Positions 63,289-64,000 of a stretch of DNA of 64,000 nucleotides are shown here, piece by piece. The notes beneath the pieces were generated by a model. The model ran no database searches and was not told the origin of the DNA. It saw only the letters and a program-made list of their open reading frames with translations. The position numbers and the translations under genes are program-made. Within the stretch, counting starts at the first letter, position 1. Every line of letters starts with the position of its first letter. This DNA is from Paraphysomonas bandaiensis (taxonomy: Eukaryota; Protista; Chrysophyceae), in NCBI GenBank assembly GCA_965644295.1, contig CBFFRP010000173.1, forward strand, positions 1 to 64,000, in the 5' to 3' direction.

Positions 63289-63848
63289 TCAATATTTCTT
63301 GACATGAATAAATATGTCCGCCATACCCCTACAATTCCGTAAAAAATGACAAACAAAATTCCCATAAGCACTCACCAACTCATTTCTTTGCGTAATTCGT
63401 TGACAACTACGAATCCAGACGTCTTTTTGTGCAAAATTCTGGTGAATGTTATGAATATTGATCCAAGCTTCATTCCAGCTACAAGTTTCAAAAAGGAAAA
63501 TAAATATACGTTATCATGTACTGTAAGTGGCCAGTGCATTATACCTGCCAGCTCTGAAATGTTTCGTATCATCATCTCACTAAAGCAGGTGCTATTTGCA
63601 AACACAATGTCTCCTTTCCTCCAGTCACACAAATCCACATCAAGAAGGGACCCTTGAAAAAATTCAACTGTCGGAACAGATGAAATGTTATTGTCTGCAA
63701 ACACATCATAATGCTTCTTGCAAGTGATGGCCAGGTCATGCAAGCCATGTAAAATTTCAACGCCATAGCATCTCTTAAAGCTATAAAGACTTGCAGCGGC
63801 CAGAACAGCACGGCCACAGCCAGAACCAAGATCATAGAAGTATTCACC
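63289..63848 (-). CDS. DOT1-like class I SAM-dependent methyltransferase, 3' exons; 5' end probably beyond the window
   Basis: FYDLGSGCGRAVLAAA, YGVEIL, FFQGS, DIVFANSTCF, final MSW/GMADIFIH. Stop at 63289-63291. Confidence 0.8.
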
Positions 63849-64000
63849 TGTAGCACACACTGCGTGAGATGCGTATAGGCTTAGATCAGACCATACTCGG
63901 CCGCTGACTGTGCTCGTAGAGGGCCTCATATAATATCTCTGCAAAGCTATCAAACGTGATTTCACCATACGTTAAGGTTGAATCCCAGTTAGCTAATCGC

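Noticed and set aside
63289-63968. Functional link between the DOT1-like gene and the retroelement SET domain
   Set aside because: They are over 55 kb apart, and the DOT1-like gene is an ordinary spliced host gene.

Overview
Eukaryotic nuclear DNA with many short (about 45-75 nt) spliceosomal introns. The gene set and the oomycete/diatom-style transposon relics suggest a flagellated stramenopile protist (inference). The left ~8.1 kb is the 5' part of a very large non-LTR (LINE) retrotransposon on the minus strand. Its ORF1 is followed in frame, across one UGA-C stop, by an ORF2 carrying two copies of a conserved 20-aa motif ending DNSGDG-P (possibly 2A/StopGo-like), two OTU-like Cys-His protease domains, a SET methyltransferase domain and an APE endonuclease. 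The reading frame runs off the window edge before any reverse transcriptase. This retroelement with chromatin-enzyme-like cargo and possible recoding signals is the most unusual thing here. The rest holds host genes: a GRAM-like protein, serine racemase/dehydratase, a deacetylase-lyase-C-type-lectin surface protein, isovaleryl-CoA dehydrogenase, an S10 carboxypeptidase, a hybrid histidine kinase, a DUF4139/4140 protein, SSNA1, an intronless 2070-aa FG-GAP membrane protein, V-ATPase B, a sulfotransferase-like and a glycosyltransferase-like gene, an FN3/L-lectin protein and a DOT1-like methyltransferase. Non-coding features include two (TATG)n arrays between divergent gene pairs, two MITE families and three hAT transposase relics. 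All domain calls are by eye; no searches were run.
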